Assembly (NCBI GenBank): GCA_001772335.1
Contig: METM01000021.1
Coordinates: forward strand, 127,440-164,385
From: a candidate division WOR-1 bacterium RIFCSPHIGHO2_01_FULL_53_15
Lineage (GTDB): Bacteria > Margulisbacteria > WOR-1 > O2-12-FULL-45-9 > XYB2-FULL-48-7
Direction: 5' to 3'
DNA: 36,946 nt
The notes under the pieces were generated by a model, which saw only the letters and a list, made by a program, of their open reading frames with translations, was not told the DNA's origin and did no database searches. The stretch's first letter is position 1, and the number at the start of each line of letters is the position of its first letter. Shown here piece by piece: positions 7,819 through 16,622 of the stretch. Made by a program: the position numbers and the translations under genes.

Positions 7819-8397
7819 TCAGCTTGTCAATAGGAGTTCCGCTCCGATCGTGGTCGGCCGGTCATGCCCCGGATAAACTTTCGTTTCCGGCGGCAGCCGC
7901 GAGAGTCGTTTGAGCGATTGTTTCATGTCTTCAGGCGAAGAATAGGGGAGATCGGTCCGCCCGTGCGTGCCGAAAAAAAGCGTGTCGCCACTAAAGAGGA
8001 CTTTCTCCTTTTCAATATATAAGCAGATGCCGCCCGGGGTGTGTCCCGGCGTGTGAATAACCCTAAATATTAAACCTTCAACTTTTAAGCTATCCCCGTC
8101 TTTCAGGAAGCCGTCCGGCTGCGGCGCGCCGACGATCGGCAGGCCCCAGATGTCTTGTTCGTGCATCAGAAAAGGAATATTGAGCTTGTCTTTTATTTCT
8201 CTGATGGCGCCGAGATGGTCGTAGTGGCCGTGAGTGGCAACGATAAAAAGTGGTTTAAGCTCTTTTTCTTTGACCAGACGCAGGATCTTTGCCGGATCGT
8301 CGCCCGGATCGATAACAAGCGCCGCATGATTTTTTTCGTCTTCGACGATATAACAGTTGGTTTCGAGCGGCCCGACCGGAACCGCGTGAATTAGCAT
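7819..8397 (-). CDS. MBL-fold metallo-hydrolase (glyoxalase II / YcbL-like)
   Basis: THGHYDH, HTPGHTPG, FSGDTLF, VYPGH. Confidence 0.93.
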   Translation of the reverse strand: MLIHAVPVGPLETNCYIVEDEKNHAALVIDPGDDPAKILRLVKEKELKPLFIVATHGHYDHLGAIREIKDKLNIPFLMHEQDIWGLPIVGAPQPDGFLKDGDSLKVEGLIFRVIHTPGHTPGGICLYIEKEKVLFSGDTLFFGTHGRTDLPYSSPEDMKQSLKRLSRLPPETKVYPGHDRPTTIGAELLLTS

Positions 8398-8441
8398 GCT
8401 TTATGATAACTTGGCGACGCGTTAAATACAAGCTTATAGCA

Positions 8442-8562
8442 CCTCACCCGCTGGCGTAAACCGTCCCCCCTCTCCATTTCATGGAGAGGGGAAAGACATT
8501 TTTTGTTTTCCCTTCTCCATCGCAGATGGAGAAGGGGGCAGGTTGAAAGCCAGCGGATGAGG
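8442..8562. repeat. ~121-bp palindromic miniature element (family A), intergenic copy
   Basis: Terminal IR CCTCACCCGCTGGC / GCCAGCGGATGAGG (13/14), two internal hairpins, close homolog at 12045-12187. Confidence 0.9.
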
Positions 8563-8566
8563 CGCC

Positions 8567-9229
8567 CTATGTCTTGTGGGTAATGTCGAGGTCGAGCTTT
8601 TTGAGGGAATCGTCGCGACCGAAGAGGACTAGCGTGTCGTCTTTCTCGACCACCATGCTCCAGGCGGGGATGACGAGGTTCTCGTCGCCGCGGCGCACCG
8701 CAAGCACCGTGATATTGAACTTGTTGCGCAGGTCAAGGTCGGAAAGCGGCTTGCCGACCCAGTTCTTGGGCGCCTTGGTGCCGACTATCGTGACGTTTTG
8801 CCCGATGTCAAAATAATCCATGACCCCCTGGCTGGTCAGCTGATTCACTAATTTGATCGCCGTATCCTGTTCAGGGAAAACGATCCGATCCACCCCGAGC
8901 TTGGTCAGGATCTGGCCGTGGACGGTATTATGCGCCTTGCAAATGACGGTAGGGACCCCTTTGCTTTTTAGGATCTGTGCGGCGATGATGTTGCTCTCCA
9001 TGTTCGTGCTCTCGGCTACGATAGCAGTGTCGCACTCAAATACTTTCGCGTCTTCGAGAATCGCCTCGTCGGTGATATCACCAGCGAAGGCGCGGGTCAC
9101 CTCGTCCTTGATGCCGGCGATGACCGCCGGATCCTTGTCAATGGCGATCACTTCCTGCTTCTTGTAATATAATTCCCGGGCGACTTTACTGCCAAAACGA
9201 CCGATCCCCAGCACAGCGTATTTTTTCAT
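8567..9229 (-). CDS. ktrA: TrkA/KtrA family K+ uptake regulatory (RCK) protein
   Basis: MKKYAVLGIGRFG Rossmann motif, LG.D..VFPE, C-terminal RCK_C. Start at 9229. Confidence 0.9.
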   Translation of the reverse strand: MKKYAVLGIGRFGSKVARELYYKKQEVIAIDKDPAVIAGIKDEVTRAFAGDITDEAILEDAKVFECDTAIVAESTNMESNIIAAQILKSKGVPTVICKAHNTVHGQILTKLGVDRIVFPEQDTAIKLVNQLTSQGVMDYFDIGQNVTIVGTKAPKNWVGKPLSDLDLRNKFNITVLAVRRGDENLVIPAWSMVVEKDDTLVLFGRDDSLKKLDLDITHKT

Positions 9230-9272
9230 AATGCCAGCATTATATATTAAATTGTGGTAAAATTCCAACTTA

Positions 9273-11267
9273 ATGCGCAAGAATATTTTTCGAAAGATCA
9301 AAGAGTTCACCATCGGCAAGGCGCGCAACCCTCTCGACCAGTCGGTTTTTCACAACATCTCGCTAGTCGCCTTCTTTGCCTGGGTGGGGCTGGGGGCGGA
9401 CGGCATCTCGTCATCCTCCTACGGCCCGGCTGAAGCATTTATCAACCTCGGCAAATATCATTATCTCGGCCTGTTAGTGGCGCTGGCCACGGCCGTCACC
9501 ATTTACATCATCAGCGAGAGCTATTCGCAGATCATTGAGCTTTTCCCGACCGGCGGCGGCGGCTATATCGTGGCCAGCAAGCTCCTGGGGCCGCGGATCG
9601 GCATGGTCTCGGGCTGCGCGCTTTTGATCGATTATATTTTGACGATCACGATCTCGATCGCCAGCGGCGCGGATGCCGTCTTCAGTTTCCTGCCCGCGGC
9701 CTGGCTGGGCTACAAGCTGTGGTTCGCCGTCTTTGCCGTCCTCTTCATGATCATCCTGAATCTGCGGGGGGTCAAAGAGTCGGTGACCATCCTCATGCCG
9801 ATCTTTATGGCGTTCATCCTGACTCACGCTTTTATTCTTCTTTACGCGATCTTGAGCCATGTCCTCAATTTGCCGATGGTGATCAGCGCGACTGCGGCCG
9901 ACATCAGAGAATCATCCGCCAATTTGGGCATTTTCGGCATGCTATTCCTGATGATGAGGGCTTTCAGCCTGGGGGCCGGAACCTTTACCGGCATTGAAGC
10001 GGTCAGCAATAATTTGTCCATTCTGCGGGAGCCGAAGGTCAAGACCGCGAAACAGACCATGAGATACATGTTCATTTCTTTGGCTTCGATCGTTCTTGGC
10101 CTGATGTTCGCTTACGCTTTTTACGGGGTCGAGCCGCAATACGGCAAGACGCTAAATGCCATATTATTTGAAAGGGTGGCCGGCGGCTGGGGCGATTGGG
10201 GATATTTGTTCATTCTTCTGACGCTGATCTCGGAAGCGGCGATCCTTTTTGTGGCCGCGCAGACCGGCTTCCTGGGCGGGCCGAGTGTTTTGGCCAACAT
10301 GGCGGCCGACCGCTGGATCCCAAAAAGATTCGCCCTCCTCTCCGACCGCCTGGTGACGCTGAACGGCATTCTGATCATGGGGGTGGGGGCGACGCTCGTC
10401 ATGATCGGGACGCGCGGCTCGGTCGGCCTGTTGGTGGTGCTCTACAGCATAAATGTTTTCATCACTTTCTGCCTTTCCCAGCTTGGTATGGTGCGGCACT
10501 GGCTGCAGGTCAGGCAGAACGAGGGGAAATGGCGGGGAAAATTCGCCATCAATGGTATCGGGCTGGTCCTGACGACTTTTATCCTCATCTCGGTTTCGGT
10601 CATGAAATTTCACGAGGGCGGCTGGGTCACTCTCTTTATTACTGGGCTTCTCGTCGTTTTTGCCTTGATCATAAAGGCGAGTTATGAGCGGACAGACCGG
10701 CTGATCCAAAAACTCGATTCGGTCGTGACCGAGGTCGAAGCGAGCCAGCCGGTGCCGCAGATCCCTGTCCGGCCGAAGAGTGAAAAGTTCAGCCAGCTCG
10801 ATAAAACCGCGATCATCCTGGTCAAGGATTTTACCGGCGCGGGGCTCAAGACGATCTTCAATATCTTCCCGGCCTTCGGGAACGATTATAAGAATTTCGT
10901 GTTCGTCCAGGTCGGCCTGATCGACGCGGGCGCTTTCCGAGGCACGGCCGAACTGGATAGGGTCAAGAAAAAAGTTGACAACGAATTGAACCGCTATATT
11001 CACCTGATGCAGAGGCACGGCTATCACGCCGAAGGCCACGCCCTCTTCGGGATCGACACCGGCGAAGAGATCGAGAAATTTTCGATCGAGATAATGAGGC
11101 GGTTCCCCAAAGCGACATTCTTCGGCGGGCAGATCGTCTTTGAGCGCAGTTCCATAATGTCGCGCCTGCTCCACAACTACACGCTCTTCTCCGTCCAGAA
11201 AGACCTCTTCAAGCGGGGCCTGCGCCTCTATGTCCTGCCGATCGAATTGAGCCACTCAACCCACTAA
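9273..11267 (+). CDS. APC-family permease, KimA/YdaO-like K+ transporter
   Basis: ADGISSSSYGP.E, SY.QI..LFP.GGGGY, LLIDYILT, NLRGVKES, TGIEAVSN, C-terminal soluble domain. Confidence 0.85.
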   Translation: MRKNIFRKIKEFTIGKARNPLDQSVFHNISLVAFFAWVGLGADGISSSSYGPAEAFINLGKYHYLGLLVALATAVTIYIISESYSQIIELFPTGGGGYIVASKLLGPRIGMVSGCALLIDYILTITISIASGADAVFSFLPAAWLGYKLWFAVFAVLFMIILNLRGVKESVTILMPIFMAFILTHAFILLYAILSHVLNLPMVISATAADIRESSANLGIFGMLFLMMRAFSLGAGTFTGIEAVSNNLSILREPKVKTAKQTMRYMFISLASIVLGLMFAYAFYGVEPQYGKTLNAILFERVAGGWGDWGYLFILLTLISEAAILFVAAQTGFLGGPSVLANMAADRWIPKRFALLSDRLVTLNGILIMGVGATLVMIGTRGSVGLLVVLYSINVFITFCLSQLGMVRHWLQVRQNEGKWRGKFAINGIGLVLTTFILISVSVMKFHEGGWVTLFITGLLVVFALIIKASYERTDRLIQKLDSVVTEVEASQPVPQIPVRPKSEKFSQLDKTAIILVKDFTGAGLKTIFNIFPAFGNDYKNFVFVQVGLIDAGAFRGTAELDRVKKKVDNELNRYIHLMQRHGYHAEGHALFGIDTGEEIEKFSIEIMRRFPKATFFGGQIVFERSSIMSRLLHNYTLFSVQKDLFKRGLRLYVLPIELSHSTH

Positions 11268-12419
11268 AAACTCCCCTTTCAAGAGGCATTCCTCGTATTC
11301 TTTAGCCGGATCGGAGTCGAAGACGATGCCGGAGCCAAGGCCGAGTTCGCCGGAGTAAAGGGTAAGGGGTAAGGGGTGTGGGGTAAGGAGGATGGTGCGG
11401 ATTGCCACGTTGAAGACCATGTTCCTTGCCGGCGTGATGACACCGATCGAGCCGCAGTAGATTTTCCTCTCCTCCTTTTCCAATTCCCTGATGATCTGCA
11501 TGGCGCGGATCTTGGGGGCGCCGGTCACGGAGCCGGAGGGGTAGAGATTCCGGAAAAGTTTGTAAAGTTGGATAGTCGGTTCGATCTTTGCTTCGATCGA
11601 GGATGTCATCTGGTAAAGCGTTTTGTATTTTTCTACTTCAAAGAGTTTTATTGTTTTGACCGAACCGAACCTGGCGATCCGTCCGAGATCGTTCCTCAAT
11701 AGATCGACGATCATAAGGTTTTCCGCCCGGTTCTTCATGTCAGCTTTCAACCTGTTCCTGTTGCCTTTTCCTATCCCTATCGTCCCCTTCATCGGCTTGA
11801 CGGTGATCTTATCCCCTTGTTTTTTGAAAAACAGCTCCGGGGAAAGGGAGAGGATCGAGAAACCTTTTGAATCGATAAAGGCGGAATAGGGGGTGGCTTG
11901 TCTTTTTTTCAACCGTTGATAAAGCGCGAAAGGATCGCCGGAGAAGTCAAATTTTCGTTTGAAAGTATAATTTATCTGATATGTTTCGCCGGCGGCGATG
12001 AGGCGGTGGATGCGGCGGAGGGCGGTGAGGTAATCCCTTTTTATCCTCACCCCTGCCTGCCGGCAGGCAGGCGCTCGGCGCGAACCGCCCCCCCTCTCCA
12101 TGAGATGGAGAGGGGAAAGGCCTTTTTTTGTTTTCCCTTCTCCATCGCAGATGAAGAAGGGGGCAGGTTGAAAGTCAGCGGATGAGGTAGGTTTCTTAAA
12201 CGCCCCAAAACATACCAGCGGAAAATCATAGGTCTTATTATGATGGAAAAGTTCTTCAAACGCATAGCCGGCTTCGTAGGAGAGGAAACCGGCCAGATAA
12301 TAGCCGCGGGCAATGGCTTCTTCCATTTTCTCGAAGGCCGATCTGACTTCGGAAAGCTTATGACAGCTGATTATGTCAGCGGGGGAGTCGAAAAGTTGAT
12401 CGTTAAATAAAATTCGCAT
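11256..12419 (-). CDS. pabB: Aminodeoxychorismate synthase component I, carrying in-frame repeat insertions
   Basis: GFLSYE, GETYQINYT, SLSPELF, KPMKGT, KNRAENLMIVDLLRNDLG, PSGSVTGAPK, NVAIRT. Confidence 0.9.
   Translation of the reverse strand: MRILFNDQLFDSPADIISCHKLSEVRSAFEKMEEAIARGYYLAGFLSYEAGYAFEELFHHNKTYDFPLVCFGAFKKPTSSADFQPAPFFICDGEGKTKKGLSPLHLMERGGGSRRAPACRQAGVRIKRDYLTALRRIHRLIAAGETYQINYTFKRKFDFSGDPFALYQRLKKRQATPYSAFIDSKGFSILSLSPELFFKKQGDKITVKPMKGTIGIGKGNRNRLKADMKNRAENLMIVDLLRNDLGRIARFGSVKTIKLFEVEKYKTLYQMTSSIEAKIEPTIQLYKLFRNLYPSGSVTGAPKIRAMQIIRELEKEERKIYCGSIGVITPARNMVFNVAIRTILLTPHPLPLTLYSGELGLGSGIVFDSDPAKEYEECLLKGEFLVG
12045..12187. repeat. Family A element inside pabB, with nested 20-bp palindrome
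   Basis: Aligns to 8442-8562 apart from an extra CCTGCCTGCCGGCAGGCAGG at 12052-12071. Confidence 0.9.
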
Positions 12420-12489
12420 AGCGTTCCCTTCGGTCTGGGTGGCTATGCCTGAACATGACGTTTAATTATAACATGCGGCGGCTATTATT

Positions 12490-12590
12490 CTCGAATTATT
12501 CGCGAATAATTCGAGGGATTGGAGTGGAAGATTCGAGATAAAAACTTCGTGTCTATTCGTGATGACGATTTGTGATAAAATTAGTGACTA
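12490..12590. repeat. Perfect 26-bp palindrome followed by degenerate ATTCGTGA-like repeats
   Basis: CTCGAATTATTCGCGAATAATTCGAG (12490-12515), then attcgaga, cttcgtgt, attcgtga, atttgtga, attagtga. Confidence 0.7.
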
Positions 12591-12623
12591 AAGCATGCTA
12601 TAATCCCCCCAAGAGGTGATCTC

Positions 12624-13661
12624 ATGACCAAAGAAGAAGAAAGGCACGAAGCGTACAAGCGTACGGTGGCGTTGGTGGTGGCGGTGGTCGTCATGATCCT
12701 TTCATTCCTTATCATCCGGCCATTTTTGGTCGCGATTCTTTCAGCCGCTGCCCTTTCGTACATCTTTTATCCTTTCTACCTGACTACTTTGAAATATCTG
12801 CCAAAGAAAGCTCGTGTCAAGGAGATCGGGGCGATCTTCACCTGCCTTGTCATCATTTTAATCGTGCTGGTCCCGGTCTCGTTTGTCACCACTTTCCTCT
12901 CTTATGAGATCCGGGACGGCTATTTGTTTCTGCAGGAGTTTTTTAAATCAAACCAGCCGCTTCAGAATTTGCCGCCTTTTCTTAGCCAGTGGGCAGGGTA
13001 CCTGCCGCAATTCAAGGAGATTGCCACTGAGCTTGGCACTCAGGCGCTGGGGCTGATCCAGGGGGTCTTGAAGGGGATCCCGAACGTCATCCTCTCGATC
13101 TTCATCACGATCTTCTCGATCTATTATTTCCTCAAGCACGGCAAGGACCTCTACAATTTCTTCTCCGACCTTTTCCCGCTGCCGGAGGGGCGCTACAGGC
13201 AGATGATCGCCCGCTTTGACGATCTCTCGCGCGGCATGATCATGGGGCAGGTGGCGGTGGGGATCGTTCAGGGGACGCTGGCCTGGGCCGGTTTCTATTT
13301 TCTCGGCGTGCCGAACCCCGTTCTGTGGGGTTTTGTCACCGCGATCATTTCGATCATTCCGCTGTTAGGAGCGGCGCTCGTCTGGGTCCCCATCACGGCA
13401 TATTTATTAATACTCGGGACAATAACGGGGGAATACTGGCGGCCGATAACACTGCTCGTCTACGGGACTTTTGTCATCAGTTTAATTGATAATTTCTTAA
13501 AGCCCAAGATCGTCGGCGACCGGGCCAACATCCACCCGCTGGTCATTCTTTTCGGGATATTAGGCGGGATTCAGCTCTTCGGCATACCGGGGATACTGAT
13601 CGGGCCGCTCATCCTCACGATCTTTGACGTGGTGATCGAGATCTATAAGGAAACGCTTTAA
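12624..13661 (+). CDS. AI-2E family transporter
   Basis: Multi-TM, IPLLGAALVWVP, IDNFLKPKIVG, HPL..LFG.LGG...FG..G.LIGP. Confidence 0.92.
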   Translation: MTKEEERHEAYKRTVALVVAVVVMILSFLIIRPFLVAILSAAALSYIFYPFYLTTLKYLPKKARVKEIGAIFTCLVIILIVLVPVSFVTTFLSYEIRDGYLFLQEFFKSNQPLQNLPPFLSQWAGYLPQFKEIATELGTQALGLIQGVLKGIPNVILSIFITIFSIYYFLKHGKDLYNFFSDLFPLPEGRYRQMIARFDDLSRGMIMGQVAVGIVQGTLAWAGFYFLGVPNPVLWGFVTAIISIIPLLGAALVWVPITAYLLILGTITGEYWRPITLLVYGTFVISLIDNFLKPKIVGDRANIHPLVILFGILGGIQLFGIPGILIGPLILTIFDVVIEIYKETL

Positions 13662-13837
13662 CCGCCCGGCTTGCCGCCCTGGCCCCAGTTCTCTTTGGGG
13701 ATGTCCTCAATTATTATGATGACGGCTTCGGGGGCGCATTTTAGCGTATCGCAGACGGTTTTTGTCACGTTCTGGATCAGCTTCTCTTTTGTCGCCGCAT
13801 CGCGCCCGCTCCACATCCCGATCTTGATTACCGGCAT
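13658..13837 (-). CDS. 4-oxalocrotonate tautomerase family protein (59 aa, not in ORF track)
   Basis: MPVIKIGMWSGRDAATKEKLIQNVTKTVCDTLKCAPEAVIIIIEDIPKENWGQGGKPGG, catalytic Pro1, SD AAGGAGGTG. Confidence 0.9.
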   Translation of the reverse strand: MPVIKIGMWSGRDAATKEKLIQNVTKTVCDTLKCAPEAVIIIIEDIPKENWGQGGKPGG

Positions 13838-13853
13838 AATTCACACCTCCTTA

Positions 13854-13942
13854 AACTCACCCTCACCCCTCCGCCTGCGGCGGTTTCCCCTCTCCCTCTC
13901 TTAATAAGAGAGGGAGAGGGGATTAAGGGGAGAGGGTGAGTT
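13854..13942. repeat. Palindromic element related to family A
   Basis: Terminal IR AACTCACCCTC/GAGGGTGAGTT, internal 17-bp stem at 13887-13921. Confidence 0.8.
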
Positions 13943-13986
13943 AATTCATTGTTGAATTATATCACGGGGAGTTGTAATATTTAATT

Positions 13987-14853
13987 ATGCCGGAACTGCC
14001 TGAAGTAGAAACGATAAAAAGGGGCCTTGCCAAGAATATCATCGGCAAAAAGATCATCGGCTTTGATTCCGACTGGCAGAAGATGATCAATCTGCCCCTG
14101 CCGCGGTATAAAAGGACGATTACCGGCAAGAAGATCATAGGGGTTGAGCGGCGCGCCAAGATGCTCATTATCGGCCTCTCCGACGACTGGCGCCTCTGGT
14201 TCCATCTCAAGCTGACCGGCCAACTGGTCTTTAGCGGCAAAAACAAAAAAGTTGTCGGCGGACACCCGATCAAAGAGGGCTTTGAAGCCGATCCCAACCG
14301 CTTCACCCATGCCACTTTCGATTTCTCCGACGGTTCTCATCTCTTTTTTAACGATGTCCGCAAGTTCGGCTGGGTCCGGCTCTACAAAAAGGCAGAGCTC
14401 GAAAATAAACTGGCGGCCATGAAGCTCGGCCCCGAGCCACTGGACAAAAATTTTACGCTGGATGCCTTTAAGCAAATACTGAAAAAGAAACCTAACAATA
14501 AGATCAAGGTCTTCCTGATGGACCCGCAGAATCTTGTCGGGCTGGGGAACATCTACAGTGATGAGGTCTGTTTTTTCGCGCGTGTGCGGCCAGACCGGAC
14601 GGTTAAAAGTTTAAAAGATGGCGAAATTAAACTCCTGTTTAATGGAATCAAAAAGATCCTTCCCGAAGCGATCAAATATGAGGGGACTTCATTCAGCAAT
14701 TACGTTAATGCGCTGGGCGAAGCGGGCGCCTACACAAAAAAACTTAGGATTTACCAGCGCTACGGCCAGAAATGCCTTGGTTGTCCCGGGCAGGTCAAGA
14801 GGCTGAAGCTTGGCGGCCGCACATCATCTTATTGCCCGAGCTGTCAGCAGTAA
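13987..14853 (+). CDS. mutM: Formamidopyrimidine-DNA glycosylase
   Basis: MPELPEVET, HL..TG, D.RKFG, GLGNIY.DE, C-terminal zinc finger. Confidence 0.97.
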   Translation: MPELPEVETIKRGLAKNIIGKKIIGFDSDWQKMINLPLPRYKRTITGKKIIGVERRAKMLIIGLSDDWRLWFHLKLTGQLVFSGKNKKVVGGHPIKEGFEADPNRFTHATFDFSDGSHLFFNDVRKFGWVRLYKKAELENKLAAMKLGPEPLDKNFTLDAFKQILKKKPNNKIKVFLMDPQNLVGLGNIYSDEVCFFARVRPDRTVKSLKDGEIKLLFNGIKKILPEAIKYEGTSFSNYVNALGEAGAYTKKLRIYQRYGQKCLGCPGQVKRLKLGGRTSSYCPSCQQ

Positions 14854-14854
14854 T

Positions 14855-15127
14855 ATGGTGCGATTTGCCGGTTACGCGAAAAAAAGGGAGTCGAAATGGC
14901 CCTACGCCATGATCTCACTGGCTGTCGTTCTTTTCGCGATCCTGGCCATCTCCGTTATCGCGGCCCTCGGGCAGTGGCTGGAATACCAGATAAGTAAGCC
15001 GGCCCCGCCGACCACCACGACGATCTCGCCTTCAGTTACAACTTCAACCTTGGTTGAAGAGAACGCGACGGTCTACTGCTACACAAGTGGGGGTGTCATC
15101 GCCCGGCGGAGCTTTTCGACTTACTGA
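14855..15127 (+). CDS. Small single-pass membrane hypothetical protein
   Basis: ATG 1 nt after the mutM stop, one TM helix, Pro/Thr-rich tail. Confidence 0.5.
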   Translation: MVRFAGYAKKRESKWPYAMISLAVVLFAILAISVIAALGQWLEYQISKPAPPTTTTISPSVTTSTLVEENATVYCYTSGGVIARRSFSTY

Positions 15128-15158
15128 ACTTGCGTTTGTGATAAAATTAAAGACCAAT

Positions 15159-15232
15159 GCGCCCGTAGCTCAACTGGATAGAGTATTAGCCTCCGAAGCT
15201 AAGGGTTGTGGGTTCAAATCCCGCCGGGCGCA
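15159..15232 (+). tRNA. tRNA-Arg(CCG)
   Basis: Cloverleaf GCGCCCG...CGGGCGC-A, anticodon arm TTAGC-CT-CCG-AA-GCTAA, no encoded CCA. Confidence 0.95.
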
Positions 15233-15289
15233 ATCTTTAAATTTATTTGCCCCGCGCCGACCACCTGTGATATAATTCATTTCGGTTTT

Positions 15290-16621
15290 ATGAAAAATAT
15301 CAACCAGCTCCGCTTCTTAGCCCTGCTCGCCACGCTTGGCGCTTCCATCTATGTCATCTGGCAGCTGCCGATCAACCTCGGGCTTGACCTGCAAGGCGGC
15401 ACGCGCCTGGTGCTCGAAGGGCGGGAGACGGAGAAGATAAAGGTCTCCGATGACGCCATGAGCGGCGTCGTGGCCGTCATCCGCAACCGGATCGACTCCC
15501 TCGGCGTGACCGAACCGACCATCCAACGCAAGGGCAAAGACCAGGTCATCGTGGAGCTCCCCGGCATCAAAGACCCGGAGCGGGCGATCAAGATCATCGG
15601 CGACACGGCTCTCCTTGAATTTGCCGAAGCCGAGTGGTCGCCCGGGGATTCAAGAACGGTTTCGCCGGAAAAGCTCCGGGAGTTTTACGGGCCCGACGCC
15701 CGACTGGATTTTGTTAAAGAAGCCGAGGACGGCCGGGCCGAGAGTGAGCGGCCGATCATCTTAAAGAAAACCGTGCTGACCGGCGCCGACCTCAAAGGGG
15801 CCTGGCCGGGGCTCGATTCCTACGGCAACCCGGTCGTTGACATAGAATTCAGCGGTGAAGGGGGCAAAGTTTTTGCCGAAGTCACCACCCGCTCGGTCGG
15901 CAAGCCGATCGCCATCATTCTTGACGGCAAAATAATTTCCGCTCCCAATGTCAGGGAGCCGATCCCTTCGGGCAAGGCGCAGATCTCGGGCAATTTTAAA
16001 GCCGAAGATGTCCAGGACCTGGTCATCAAGCTCAAAGCCGGCGCCCTGCCGATTCCGGTCAAACTGGTCGAGACCCGGATCGTGGGGCCATCGCTGGGCC
16101 GGGATTCTGTCGATCGCAGTAAAGTAGCCGGCATCCTTGGTTTCGCGTTCATCATCGCCTTCATGATCCTCTATTACCGTCTGCCGGGCTTTCTGGCCGT
16201 CATCGCTCTGGCCATTTATGTGCCGCTGACGCTGGCCGGCCTCGCTCTTATCCGCACGACGCTGACCCTGCCCGGCATCGCCGGCTTTCTCCTCTCGATC
16301 GGCATGGCGGTCGACGCCAACATTATTATATTTGAACGATTGAAAGAGGAGCTGCGTCTGGGCAAGACGATCAAAGCGGCGTTCGATACATCATTCCAGC
16401 GGGCCTTTGCCGCCATTCTCGACTCGAACGTCACGACGATCATCGCCGCCGCGACGCTCTTCTTTGTCGGCACCGGGACGATCAAGGGTTTTGCCGTCAC
16501 GCTGACGGTCGGCATCCTGGCTTCGATGTTCTCGGCGCTGACGCTGACGCGCATGATGATGAATATGCTCGTTGACGGCAAGGTCGTAACGAAGCCGGAC
16601 TCGAAGCTCTTGTACAAATAA
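15290..16621 (+). CDS. secD: Protein translocase subunit SecD
   Basis: LGLDLQGG, RID.LGV.EP, VGPSLG, TLPGIAG, GMAVDANI.IFER. Start ATG 15290. Confidence 0.97.
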   Translation: MKNINQLRFLALLATLGASIYVIWQLPINLGLDLQGGTRLVLEGRETEKIKVSDDAMSGVVAVIRNRIDSLGVTEPTIQRKGKDQVIVELPGIKDPERAIKIIGDTALLEFAEAEWSPGDSRTVSPEKLREFYGPDARLDFVKEAEDGRAESERPIILKKTVLTGADLKGAWPGLDSYGNPVVDIEFSGEGGKVFAEVTTRSVGKPIAIILDGKIISAPNVREPIPSGKAQISGNFKAEDVQDLVIKLKAGALPIPVKLVETRIVGPSLGRDSVDRSKVAGILGFAFIIAFMILYYRLPGFLAVIALAIYVPLTLAGLALIRTTLTLPGIAGFLLSIGMAVDANIIIFERLKEELRLGKTIKAAFDTSFQRAFAAILDSNVTTIIAAATLFFVGTGTIKGFAVTLTVGILASMFSALTLTRMMMNMLVDGKVVTKPDSKLLYK

Positions 16622-16622
16622 T

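Noticed and set aside
10164-11255. 363-aa antisense ORF, and similar shadow ORFs opposite secD/F, ftsK, btuF and nadE
   Set aside because: Antisense open frames are expected from GC-rich codon bias; no motifs
15206-15289. Longer SecD start
   Set aside because: Overlaps tRNA-Arg and the promoter; ATG 15290 fits better
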